A stretch of DNA of 64,000 nucleotides from Kudoa neothunni (taxonomy: Eukaryota > Animalia > Cnidaria): the NCBI GenBank assembly GCA_964304625.1, contig OZ199839.1, forward strand, positions 2,697,023-2,761,022, read 5' to 3'. Both the position numbers and the translations under genes were made by a program. Shown in pieces: positions 26,479-38,358 of this stretch (within the stretch, counting starts at the first letter, position 1; every line of letters starts with the position of its first letter). The notes under the pieces were generated by a model. That model made no database searches. It was not told where the DNA came from and was given only the letters and a program-made list of their open reading frames with translations.

Positions 26479-28053
26479 ATGTTAAGGTGGAGGAATTTGG
26501 TGGATTAAGTTGTAATAAGTGAATGAACACGGGTGTTCGTTCCACTAGCTAATTCTAACTAGTTTGAATGTTGGCGCCCTTTAGACATAGACACAGATAT
26601 TTGTGTTCGATGTGAGAATGGTTTTAATTTTTCGGAAATAATTTAATTGTAGCAATGCTGTCGCCAACCGTTTCAAAAATGTAGGAATAATGATATTGAC
26701 AAGTGATCTTGGTTCGAAAGAAGTGTCGAGACTTCGAGTTTTGAAGAATTTGGTGAGATATGCAGATTATGATGAACTATGGCTGTTCAAGTGGGTCGAT
26801 TATTCTTCCATACTTCAAATCAATAGCTGGATTGATATATTCAATCTAGATTCAAATTGTATCTTGAGAAACTACTGCTAGCTCAACGAATGAAAAACAT
26901 GGAAAAGGCACTCGAAGGCATTCCATCTATTTACGATCCTCAAGAAAAACTTATTGGCCAAGTTTTACACAAAATAAACACAAATTATCCCAATATCAAG
27001 TTCACTTTTTACAAAAAGACCATTAGTTCTGCTAAAGAAGTTTTCGACACTATGGATCAGATTTTGAGGTGGAATTGTTTATTATTAGTGACTTTGGTCT
27101 AACTCAGTTGATCTCCTGTTAGTGATAGAGTGGACCATTTGGTGACGTTTCCTATACGACCAACCTACACATGTAGCGAATGGTCCAGAGAATTTTTCGA
27201 TATAGCTTCCTATATCCGAGCAAACAAACAAAAAATCAACTTGACAATGAGTTGTGTTCAACCTTATCGACTGCGAAAAGATTACACTCAGCTAATGGCT
27301 AATACCATTGAGAAGGCACTGAAATCGCTGAAACAAGTTAAGCAAATGGATTATGTGGTTCTCTTTTTGGCACCGTTTGTCAAATTGCAAGTAGACATTA
27401 CAGCTATTGTCATCCTTTCAATTATTCTCAAGGAAATCAAACATGGGGATTTGAGTTATTTGAATTATATGGCGATGGCTGATACCATTATGTCGAAAGT
27501 CAATCTACCCAATCATTATTTGGTTACTTGGAATCTCAATGTATTAATACTAGTGTCGAGTTGATGTAAAAATGTTGTCTACCTGCAGGAGAATAATGAA
27601 GACAATTTCCTAATGCCAAACACTTTCACCGCTTTGCGTCATCTGGTTCGAAATCAAAAGAAAAAGGCCTTTCTATTGGTGCCCCTTGGCAATATCTTTG
27701 ATGGTAGACTAATGAGATATGAATATGATCTGGATATGACGGTCATCATAAAAAAAATTGTATTAGGAAAGTTTTATGATTAATTTTTTTAATCCAAATA
27801 CAGGAACCTCATGTTAACCTTTCAAAGTTGGTGCCTCTTGATAGGAATCCTGAAATGATTAATGTACTATTGTGAGTTTTAGTAGAGATTTGCAGAGCTT
27901 GTGTAGGTATTCTACAAGATTTTGTGTGACCATTTGGACAATCACACTCAAAACTATCCCTGGTATTTGTTCGAAAAAGACCCCGACTGTGTTCATCAAA
28001 GTTGCAGAGAAACGCGAGCCATTCTGTCCCAATTTTTCTCGAAACCAAATTAA
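26479..28053 (+). CDS. Divergent ferrochelatase homologue lacking catalytic residues (candidate pseudo-enzyme)
   Basis: Exons 26479-26486, 26585-26611, 26653-26790, 26850-27068, 27123-27390, 27433-27540, 27589-27759, 27804-27863, 27907-28053 give 381 aa with no stop. Colinear with animal FECH blocks: VGIMIL, FPIRPTYTCS, VVLFLA, HGDLSY, NHYLVTW, LLVPLG..D..YEYD, LDRNP, PDCVHQSCRET. The first two exons are less certain. Confidence 0.85.
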
Positions 28054-28199
28054 ACGTTTTAATTTTCTGAATAATTGTATATGTTTATTTTTAATTAAAA
28101 TCTATTGACTTTTTTTATATTTATGCCAGTTAAACATTATATGCTAGTAATTATATTGATATTACAATTATTTTAATATTTTTCTGAAAAGTATAAATA

Positions 28200-29648
28200 C
28201 AGTAGGTAACCGATTTTACGTACTGTTAATTTTTCTTCTCTTATATATAATTATTAGAGTCAAAACTATTTCTAAAAATTATGAAAGTTTATTTCATGTA
28301 ATGCAAATTTAATGAGAAAAAAGATTTATAACGAATATTTTTATATAAATAGGGATTATCGATTTTAAGTAACTTTTTGTCTCCAACTCTAATTTTTAAA
28401 ATCCTTTGTTTTAATGTATTACGCCAATGATTACATTTTAAATAATTTAGATATAATGAAAAGTTTATTATTTTTCCATTTTTTTAAAATTTCGGGATGA
28501 AAGCTGGTAAATCTTTTACATCATGTGATTTTGATCTCCTACCTATTTCTGCCATGAAAATTCCAGAAATAATAATAATATCTAATTTATTTCCTCACGT
28601 AAAATAAGTAGGGGTTCATTCAAAAGAAAAATTATGAAAAAAGGATCAAATAATAATTTTTCTGCTATACTTTATAAATGATTTATACATTAGAGCTAAG
28701 AAACCCGATTTATTATAGACGATTAAATATGTAAATAATTAATAAAGGAGTTCCATTCAACAAATTTTTTTATTTTTTGTAGACTTTATGATTAAATGTC
28801 CCGTCCTAATTTAAAAATGATTAATTTTCTTGGGTGGCCATGTATGCAATAAAAACTGTTACCATAACTAGTAGAACAAATTAAATGCTATTGCTGAAAA
28901 ATTTTCTACCGAGCTTTTTATACAATTTATATTTAATATATTGTTCAATCATCAAAACAATGTCGAATTATTTTAATAGGTCCAAATTCTCAAAGATAAA
29001 TTCTAATTTACGTGTGGAATTCAATTCACGCCTAGAAAAGACATCTAAATGATTTATGAGCTAATTTTATATGTCCATTTCTGATAATTGTTCAGATCGT
29101 CCTTTGATTTGTCATCGCAAGACTTCACGATTTCTTAATGTCAATAAAAATTTCCCAATTCAATTTGAGTAGAATAAGGAAGCGAGAGTGATGATGAAAC
29201 ATCTAAAATATACCTAATTTGTTAAAATAGTAATTTCAAATATATTGTTGACAATTTATATGTATGTCTCTATGACTCAACTTTTAACTATCAAATTAAA
29301 TTATATAACATCATTCTTGTATTTTTCAACAAATTATCGACTACCTCTCAATGAACGAATAATTAATTTTCAAAGTCCAACTAACTACAAAATTATTTCG
29401 ATTAAAAATCACACTTTTGAAAATGGTAACGATCTAAATGCATAGTCACTAGTTTTTATTCTAATTATATTGAAAAGATAAAAATTGTTCTTAAACTTAA
29501 TAATTGTGAACCTTATTATATTACTTCAATACAAAATATTTTAATTGTCTGTACACACATCAAGAAAGTACTTAAAATCTGTTAGTGATGCATTTTCAGT
29601 AACTTTTCTCTGGTCCCTAAAGGATTACGGAAAACCGATTACCTACTG
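28200..29648. mobile_element. Degenerate Tigger/pogo-type element
   Basis: TIRs cagtaggtaaccgattttacgta / tacggaaaaccgattacctactg with TA on both flanks; interior decayed. TIR related to that of 57744-59358. Confidence 0.8.
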
Positions 29649-29913
29649 TATCACAGTTTGAGTCTATCCTTGTAATATTTTAAATATTGAGTCAAATATA
29701 CATATATATTATTTTCGAAGAAATTAATTTTAATTCCTATAATACAATGACTTTTTTTTTTGTTTTCATACGCAATAATGAGATCAAAATAAGTACGAAA
29801 AATCCAACTAAATCACTGAATATGGCATATGCGCACGCACAGATATTCAAAACAAATTTTTCTTATAGAGTTGTATTTCGGGCACAGCAATTAGAATATT
29901 TCATTTTTACTGA

Positions 29914-31368
29914 ATGCGTCTTTATTCTTTGCCACTTTTAAGTCATCTAAAATATTTTCGAGTGGGGTTTGGTGATTGATTAGCAATAGGCCTGATTTTA
30001 ATGTAGAATGTCTCGACAAAATCAAAATATGATGATGGAAAAACATTATTGGATTTTATAGAGTTACCTAAAGCAACTAAGGGTAGTGGTGAAATTATTG
30101 TGCCGTTTCAAACAGATACAGCTGCGCCAAAGTAGTTCATTGAGTAATACTAAATGAATAAATGAGTAGAAAATATCAAAATTTACCGTTGTGGCTGAAA
30201 ACCGAAATACCACTAGGCGAGAAATATTTCAATATCAAGTCCCAGCTGAAAGGCCTTGGGCTTGCTACTGTCTGTCAAGAAGCAAAGTGCCCTAATATTG
30301 GCGAATGTTGGGGTGGCAAAGGCGGGGCTATTTCCACAGCAACTATCATGGTGAGACCACTGTATTTTGATGATGTTTATGAATGAGAAATGAGTAGATA
30401 ATGGGTGATACTTGTACAAGAGGATGCAGATTTTGCTCGGTAAAAACTGCTCGCCATCCAAAACCCTTAGATGAAAACGAACCAATTAACACCGCAAAAG
30501 CTATCGCTAGCTGGAATGTTGATTATATAGTGATTACGTCGGTGGATCGTGATGATTTGGAGGACTTTGGTGCTAATCATTTCGCTGAGACTGTTAAACA
30601 AATTAATAAAATGTATTATTTTTATAAATCAGTCTCGATGTAGTTTGAGAGTTCGTGATTATAACCCAAATTTTTTTAAAGAGGACTTAATTAAAATTTA
30701 CTATTTCCTTTAGGAAACCAGATATTTTAATCGAATGTCTCACTCCTGATTTCTCAGGCAGAGTAGACCTGTTGAAAACTGTTGTCGAATCTGGAATGGA
30801 CGTATTTGCACATAACATCGAAACTGTGGAACGTTTGCAGAGATTAGCTCGAGATCCTAGAGCCAACTATAAACAATCAATGTCAGTGCTAGAAAACGCC
30901 AAACTTATCCGGCCTAATGTCATTACAAAATCTTCCATTATGGTAGGGATGGGTGAAACATCAGACGAAGTGATACAAACGATGACTGGTACCATAATGG
31001 TTAATTTGATGAAATAAATCTTGTTAGATCTGAGAAACGCTGGTGTAGATTGCATTACAATAGGACAGTATATGCGTCCCACGAAACGACACCTTCAGGT
31101 GCAACAATACGTTCATCCTGAGTTGTTTGAATTGTGGAAATTGAAAGGAGATGAACTGGGGTTCAAATATACTGCTAGTGGTCCTCTTGTGAGGTCCTCT
31201 TATAGAGCTGGTAATTTTAGTGATTTAGCGTTTGTCTTTATGTTTATTAATTCAATTCAATTCAATTCGATCTAATTAATTATTTATTTATTTATTTATT
31301 TAGGTGAGTTTTACATCAAAAATATTGTGAAAAATAATCAGAACAACTTTAAACAATCTCCATCCTAA
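29914..31368 (+). CDS. LIAS: Lipoyl synthase, mitochondrial (radical SAM)
   Basis: 'LPLWLKT', auxiliary-cluster motif '[16 protein letters not shown]', radical SAM 'CTRGCRFC', 'ITSVDRDDL', 'FAHNIETV', '[15 protein letters not shown]'; GT-AG introns; presequence-like N-terminus. Confidence 0.97.
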
Positions 31369-32433
31369 TATATTCATAGTACGTGAATAAATTGTCAAAT
31401 TTTAATTGTTCAATTATTTGTACGTTTTTTAATATTGTTTTTCTTCCACACTTATTTTATCTATAAAAACAACAAGTTGATTCAATATATACTACATAAA
31501 ACTTCCTTTTTTCAATATTTCCAAATGAATATTTTTTTACAATTTAGCATCGAATGTATGTTTTTGAGTGATTAATATAAATTCATAAGAATTTGTAAAT
31601 TAGTTTAAAAATTTTTTTATTTTAATTAATTAAGTTTGTATAATCTTCTTAATCCCTCAATACACTTTATAATTTCCTCGCCATAACTCCACAATTAGTC
31701 CTTTAATTAATTTTATACATGGACAGAAAATTCACTAAAAAGTTTTCTTAAGTGTTGGGAAATATTTAAACGCAAATTATTCTCTAAACCTCACACATTG
31801 TACATCAACCACTCTCCAACGCTAAATTTTATTTTTTAAGAAAATAACTTTAAACATTTAGAAAAATAAAGAAAATTAATAATTCTTGATATGAAAAAAT
31901 TATCCTACGTTGTGAAACTCCGCGAACGTTTTTTTAAAATAACTGTGAGTTTTCTGCTCATATAACTTCACAATAACCTTAATGCTCATTAGCTAACCAT
32001 AACTAATTTTGTTGGATCAATTTTGGATTAATCTTCAATAAATTTGAATTTTAGTTAATACATAAATAAAATCTAACAAAATATTATCTATTTGTCTAAT
32101 TTATCCTAATTTCAGTGGATGAATGGTCGTACGTAACAATAAAACCTCATATAGGAATATTTATTGTTTTATACCCACATCGAATGAAAAGCTGTAATAC
32201 AATTAATTGAAATTAAAGGAATTGAGCATACTCAAAAAAAAGTTTGGTTAATTCAATTATCAGTAATCGTATTTTTGAACAGTGTTTCTCAACAAAATAG
32301 GTTTCATTCCATCGGGAAGTATTACACATCTCTATATTTACAATCTTTGAGTAATGCTTTACTGGAGTGGATACTTTATTCTGATAGAATTATCGAAACA
32401 TTTTGAAGCAATTGAATGTTGTACTATACATTA

Positions 32434-33019
32434 CAGCGGTGGCCTAACCGTGGCTCTTGCAAAAAATTTTGTTGAATTCTGCCAGCACGTTAATTAGGAA
32501 AAACTGCAAAGTTTAACTATTTAATCAAGTGAAGGAATGAGCTCTTTAATCATAAACTAGATATTATTTTTGATTAGAAAACATATCTGCAAACTACTGT
32601 ATAATTTTAATATTTTATGCAAACTAGAATTATTTCCAGTTTCATTAGGAAAAACAATTAAAACTAGTGTTTATTCATTATTAAATTTATAGGTAACGAA
32701 AGAATAAAACACGAATTAAAGCTTTGAAGATGATTCATATTTCCAACTCACCAAACGAATTTTGGAAATACGTTCCAGAAACTAAATACTCAAAACTAAA
32801 AGGAATTTTCCTCAAACTTGTTTCTATGTTTGGAAAACTTACTGTTATGAGTCTACTTATTCAACTATGAAGTTGGTAAAATCGAGGCATCGGGGTCCCT
32901 CCCTCACAAACAAACACCTGACGGAACTAATTCGTACAGTGTTAACAGGTTACGAACCAGATTACCGTCAACCCATTGATAATATGGAAACATGAAAAAC
33001 TCGTGAGGTGGTCACGCTG
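32434..33019 (+). mobile_element. hAT (GTF2IRD2/SPIN-like) internally deleted element; copy 1
   Basis: Ends cagcggtggcc / ggtcacgctg; encodes dimerisation-domain remnant 'FWKYVPETKYSKLK..LKLVSMFG..YSTMKLVKSRHR'; homologous to 59920-60518 (inverted). Confidence 0.8.
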
Positions 33020-33050
33020 TCCAGCAAAATGTGTTGTAAATTTACTATAA

Positions 33051-33192
33051 GCCTGACAATATGGCATAATGGTGTTAGGTCGAGATCGCACACCTTGAGG
33101 TTGCGAGTTCGAAGCCTAATCCGAAATTAAGTAGGGAGGCTGTAGTAACCGCAAGGATCTACAATTTATCGTGGCTTTGCTTGTAGCTAGGT
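33051..33192 (+). mobile_element. tRNA-derived SINE, 5' head copy
   Basis: A box tggcataatgg (33062-33072), B box gttcgaagcc (33107-33116), followed by sequence matching the reverse complement of 5185-5310. Confidence 0.72.
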
Positions 33193-33209
33193 TGTCTCCA
33201 AGGGCGAAA

Positions 33210-35684
33210 TATATCGCTGTTTTCAGTGCAAATAACGCCTCTGAAGCTGCAGAAAATAGTAATGAAGGAATTGTATATGAACGCGAATTATTAATAAAAA
33301 GACTTTAGAAAAAATTATTTTAGGATAATTTTCGAATCCAAAAGTGGCCGTAAGTTTCACAGCTGAAAAGAAAATATTTTTACCACGATCGCGTGTCCAC
33401 AAGTTAAATGACCCATCTAATATAAAGGTGTTGAGTTTATCGCAGGTGATATTTCAGGTATTTGCACTGCCCCAAATGGGTCAACGGATGTAGTTTTTGG
33501 TTTAATGATATCTCATTATGGAATGAGATGTGATATTTATCCAAGTTTCGTTTATAAGCTTCAAGATAATTATTCTCTGACGAATTTTGACGTTTATAAA
33601 CCAAAACATTAGGTGGATCACACATCGGATCAGGAAAGTAAGTACGCTCTCAAACTCACTAATAAATTCCCCTTTGAAATCTGCCGCTTCAGCATACGTG
33701 ATTGGTTGACTTCAAGCGTGGGAGAGTCATCCGGTGAATTTATTTCAAATTTCGAGGGACAAGCTGAAGATTGCTACGCCCCTTGTAACAATGTGGAATT
33801 ATCTTTTATTGCCTCAAAGACAATCGTGGAAGTGTTGTTTCAAACGAGACATTTTCCAATGGGAAAAGCTAACAACGATTATTTTGGATATAAACAAACA
33901 AAATTTGGAAAACTTGAATAAAAACATATTAATTATACTTATATAGTTATCATTGAATCCGGTTCTGATGATGGTAGATTATTGCCTGCTATAACAAAAG
34001 AAGATTCTACTTTGAATGTGTCCCTCTTTACTTCCATAACGGAGCCAAAATTTACAAGTTGCACCGTCTACATTTATAATGTCGATAAACCGCCACTTTC
34101 TGGTAGGAGAAAAGCAAGATATAATATTAGTGAGAATAGTGTCGATACTAAATGCGGTACTGCTTGTGATAAGTCGTTAGTAATAAAGGATCTTTCTAGT
34201 GTAAAGCCATACATTCTGGAAATTGCACCTGTTGGCAGAAGTGATATGTCAGGAAATTTCAAAGAGAAGAGATTTTTAGAACAAGTATAAAAAATGAGAT
34301 AAATATTTATATAACAATTATTTGGAAAATGAAGAAGGTAAAACATTTCCCTCAATTATCCCAACAATAGATGAAACAACAGCAACGATCAAAGACCTTG
34401 CTGATGATGGAGAAATCAACAAAGATGACCCCACGTATGCATATTATATCAGCCCTCGCAGAAGGAATATATGTGTTTGTGCAATGAGCACTGAAAGTTA
34501 TCTTTGTCGAGGATTTTGCCGAGAAAATTAAACATTTGTTGGGTTAACTCCAGGCACTGAATTTGACCTTAAGATAATTGCCCACAAAGATTATATATTC
34601 ATAGTGCATCAAATCACAGCAAGTATAAAAGATTGGAATGATAAAAAATTATTAAATTGATGGGAATGCCCATACTGACACTTGACAAGCAATTTATTGA
34701 TAAAGGTATTCAAAGTGGTTGGTTCATTATCGACACCAGACCCCACCGCTCTATGTAGCTATAAAGTGAAGATTCAAAAGGAAACGAGCTTTGAAGTAAT
34801 TCACGAATGTACAGAAACAACACCTGGCCAGTCTGCAAGTATATTAAAGGTTTCTTAAATTGAGATGGTTAGGTCAGCTGCTGATCAAAAAGCTATTTCC
34901 ATCCCTGCAAAAAATAATGTCACAGCAACCTCACGCAAGGAATTACCAACTTGTTCCGAAATATTATTTACTAATGCATACGATCGGTCCAAGAAATATG
35001 AGATGCTGGTGACTGCCATTGGTGGTCGTTCACAGGAAATAACTGTTGTTGTCCCATAAAGTAATAATTTGTTTCTGTTTACTCCTAATAGAATAATTCT
35101 TTACATAAATTTGTAATATTAGACCTTCTTCCAATCAGCCAAAATATCGACAAAAAACTTGTTATTAGCGTAAACCGCGGGGGGAACAAACTGAAGGTTA
35201 CAGCACCACTTCCTAGCAATGCCACTGAAAGCACATGTGGTTGGGAGTTACGTAACGTTTCAGATGCCGAGAAGCCTTTAGTGAAATCGTGTAATGGCGC
35301 CAATGATAGTGGCTGTGAAGCTCTTCCGTTATGTAATAACTTTGAAATCACAAACGTTGACGACACCAACGAATATCATCTGACGGTGTATGCGAGCAGT
35401 GGTTCAACAATAATCGGAAATGGAGAAAATAAAAAGGGTAGATCGCGCGGTTGTTTAATATGATCATATATTTTTAGAAGAAACCCATGATACAATGAAA
35501 TCAACGTAAGTTGTATAAATTTGTTCAGCTTTAATATTTATATAGGTCCAAAAATACCATGTATTATTAATTAAGCCTATTTATTTTTGTACTGAAGTTA
35601 TTTAGTATTATAGCTTCGGTAGTTACAGGAATTTTCATTGTCGCTATTCGAATAGGAGTGATTATTATGAAAAGAAGAAATTAA
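33210..35684 (+). pseudogene. Decayed gene for a Cys-containing fibronectin-III-like type I membrane protein
   Basis: Chain of plus-strand ORF fragments with repeated '(I/F)xxL...Y.L.(I/V)' FN3-like ends (IKDLSSVKPYILEI, FVGLTPGTEFDLKI, ITNVDDTNEYHLTV); terminal TM-like 'IIASVVTGIFIVAIRIGVIIMKRRN*'; frameshifts, stops and non-GT/AG ends on several intron-like stretches. Confidence 0.6.
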
Positions 35685-36076
35685 AAATCACTCACTACAT
35701 TAGTTTTAATCAACTTAGAATTTATCATTTTAATATTTTATTGAGTCCTGTCCATAATTTTTTTATAATGATATTTGCCCCAATTTAAAAATAAATAGTT
35801 TATTTCTTCTTCTGTTCTCAACATAAATTTAGAAATGTATATTATACATTGAAAAAATTTATATTTTAATATAGATCAATATTTATTTTTAAATTTGATT
35901 ACCTCGTTAGTACTTCATTAATTATCAAATTATACTTTTCTGAGATAAATATATAAGTAAACGAAAAATAATTATTTACATATTTTAAAAAAAGGTAGCT
36001 GTGTTATAATTCAAAAACTACGTCGATAATATTTTTGGAACAAAAAAAATTCGAACAAATTCCAGTATTTTAAATA

Positions 36077-36549
36077 AAGGGCTCTCAGTGGTTTTTTCAA
36101 ATTTATCCCCTCAGTCTGATGAAAAATCGCAACTCATCCCTTTAACTTGGAAGCCGAATTCGTATTTCCCACTTTGTCACTCTTAGGAACTAGAAATAAT
36201 TAAAAATAATCAAAATTAGTGACATTTGAATATTATTTGTTAAACAAATAGTCACCTTAAGTATTATTATTATTATTAATATTATTACAAAAAATCTCTA
36301 AAAGATAAACGAGGTATAAAAGAAAGAGACTAGTAACAGCTATATGAATATTTGTGAAATACTTATTCCTAACAAAATTTTAAGCTTTTGTAATAAACTA
36401 TCGAATTTAATAACCCTAAATAATATAATTATTTAGAAATCCTTAAGTATGTCACAAACCCCATTGCAAAAAAAATTACCCCTATCAAATTGTGATGTCA
36501 CTTAACTTACCCCTGCCATTTAAATTTTACCCCCTGTTGAGAACCCCTG
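36077..36549. mobile_element. hAT-type MITE remnant
   Basis: Right end gttgagaacccctg with repeated TTACCCC(CT) subterminal motifs; degenerate left end near 36077. Confidence 0.45.
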
Positions 36550-38358
36550 CTCAAAGTAACTCGAAAATATTTTGAAAAGAAAAATCCGACCAACGATCGC
36601 TTTTATATTTTAACGAATTTTTTTCTTTAACTCATAATATTATATAATCACATGCATAAAGCTAAGTTGCTCGTGTGAGTGTGCATGCGTGTGGTAAAAT
36701 CTTTTTCCTTATATTGAGTCATTTATAAGATTTTAAACATATATGATATTTAGAAAAATCGAATAATTATTTGCATTGCAATAAATCCTCCAAAAAGTAT
36801 TTCGAATATAATGATTTTGTCTATTTAAAGTTTGTTACGCCGATTACATGAGTTCAACAATAGGATTAACGCCGGCTTATCTCATGGTGGTAGTCGGTTG
36901 AATGAGACATTCCTTCTTGTATGCTCGATCAAATATTAGTTAAGCAATACAATCTATCTTTATGTACAAAGGTGGTGCGTCTATTTTAGTGTTATCCAAA
37001 TACACGCTTATGTCGCGAGTTTAATGTATTTGTCTTGAAAAGTAGACTCTGAAAGCTCTATTAATTGTTTTAAATACATTATAAATGTCTACACCGTTTA
37101 ATTAATGATGAAAGGGCAAATCATGTTATTATCAAATGTATTAAAGTCTTATAATATTGGCACTGTTTCATCAGATTTTATTTAAGTCCCGCACTAAATT
37201 GAACCTTCAGCAATCAAATTCAATAATGACGTTATACTTCGATTTCATCTGATTAATTAATATATATATATAATTTGATGTTCAAGAAATAAGAAAATAT
37301 TTGTAATATCGAATGCATTCTATTCGATATCGGATAAAGTGGTATTAATTTGAGCTATAAAAGTAAATTTTCGTAAATTATCTCCTAACTAAGTAGATTT
37401 TGTTATTTTTATGACCTCTCAAAAATGATCTTTATTATAAATTCGCTAATCACAATTGTGGGAAGTACGATACTGTAAAAATTTTTCAATTTAAACACTT
37501 CTAATGATTACCTAAAAGTATTAATGTATTTATTAATAATTTAAAAATTTTACAATTCACAATATTTCCCCTCCGAAAAATGTTATATATTTCGCGCCAG
37601 TTTACCATATTTATCATTTAACACTAATTGTTTACATACATCCGAATACCCCCGCCTTTAACCGACAATTGAGAAGGACATTACTTTGACTATTTAAATG
37701 GTGTATTCCTGTTTGTATTGACCATTTTTTTGTTTTTCCGATAAATTTATCACAAGATGAGCGAAACTAATACCTTCATCAACAAACTAGCAAAGCTTCC
37801 GTACATTTGGGAATTTTTTTCATAATTCCATGAGTTAATAATAATAATTTAAAAATTTCCAAATATTTGAATAAAATAAGAGAGTTCTTAAACACATGGA
37901 AACTCGTATCAACAGAATTTTTCCGCTTCCCAAACGCTCAGCCGGATGAGTTAATCCTATTCAAGTCACTGTTTGTTGTTCTGGTGCCGAAAAACTCAAT
38001 TCTATTAGTGTATCAAATAAAAACTTTCAAAATTATAAAAAATAAATTTATGTGAAATGATGATATTACTGATATCAACATAAACCGTCAAAAGGAGCTC
38101 CTTACGTAACTGAGGTATCCAAAACAAACAGCATTAATATTGACACAGGCTTAAGATAAAATTGGAAAAACACAACAATAGTTAAAACATCAATTTATAT
38201 AAAGAATTCTATATTTGATATAAATTGAAATACATTTTATCGAGTAGGAAATCAATTAGAGGCAGTTAGTGTCACCACCGACCACATACGATCATCAACG
38301 CTTTGTCAATTAATGTTCTTATTGGCTCTATTTCACAACATTTTTGTTTCTAATCCAA

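Noticed and set aside
11500-36130. Hammerhead ribozyme cores at CTGATGA occurrences (about 11504, 12798, 33965, 34402, 36116)
   Set aside because: No convincing flanking stems with a properly placed GAAA by eye; an Infernal search would be needed to exclude fully.
32280-36549. Possible Pack-hAT capturing the FN3-like gene (cagtgtttctcaac ... gttgagaacccctg)
   Set aside because: Flanking 8-mers do not match (tttttgaa vs ctcaaagt) and a nearer degenerate left end exists at about 36077.
36870-36915. tRNA-like 5' half (gccggcttatctcatggtggtag)
   Set aside because: No T-arm/B box or 3' acceptor strand; at most a decayed SINE head.
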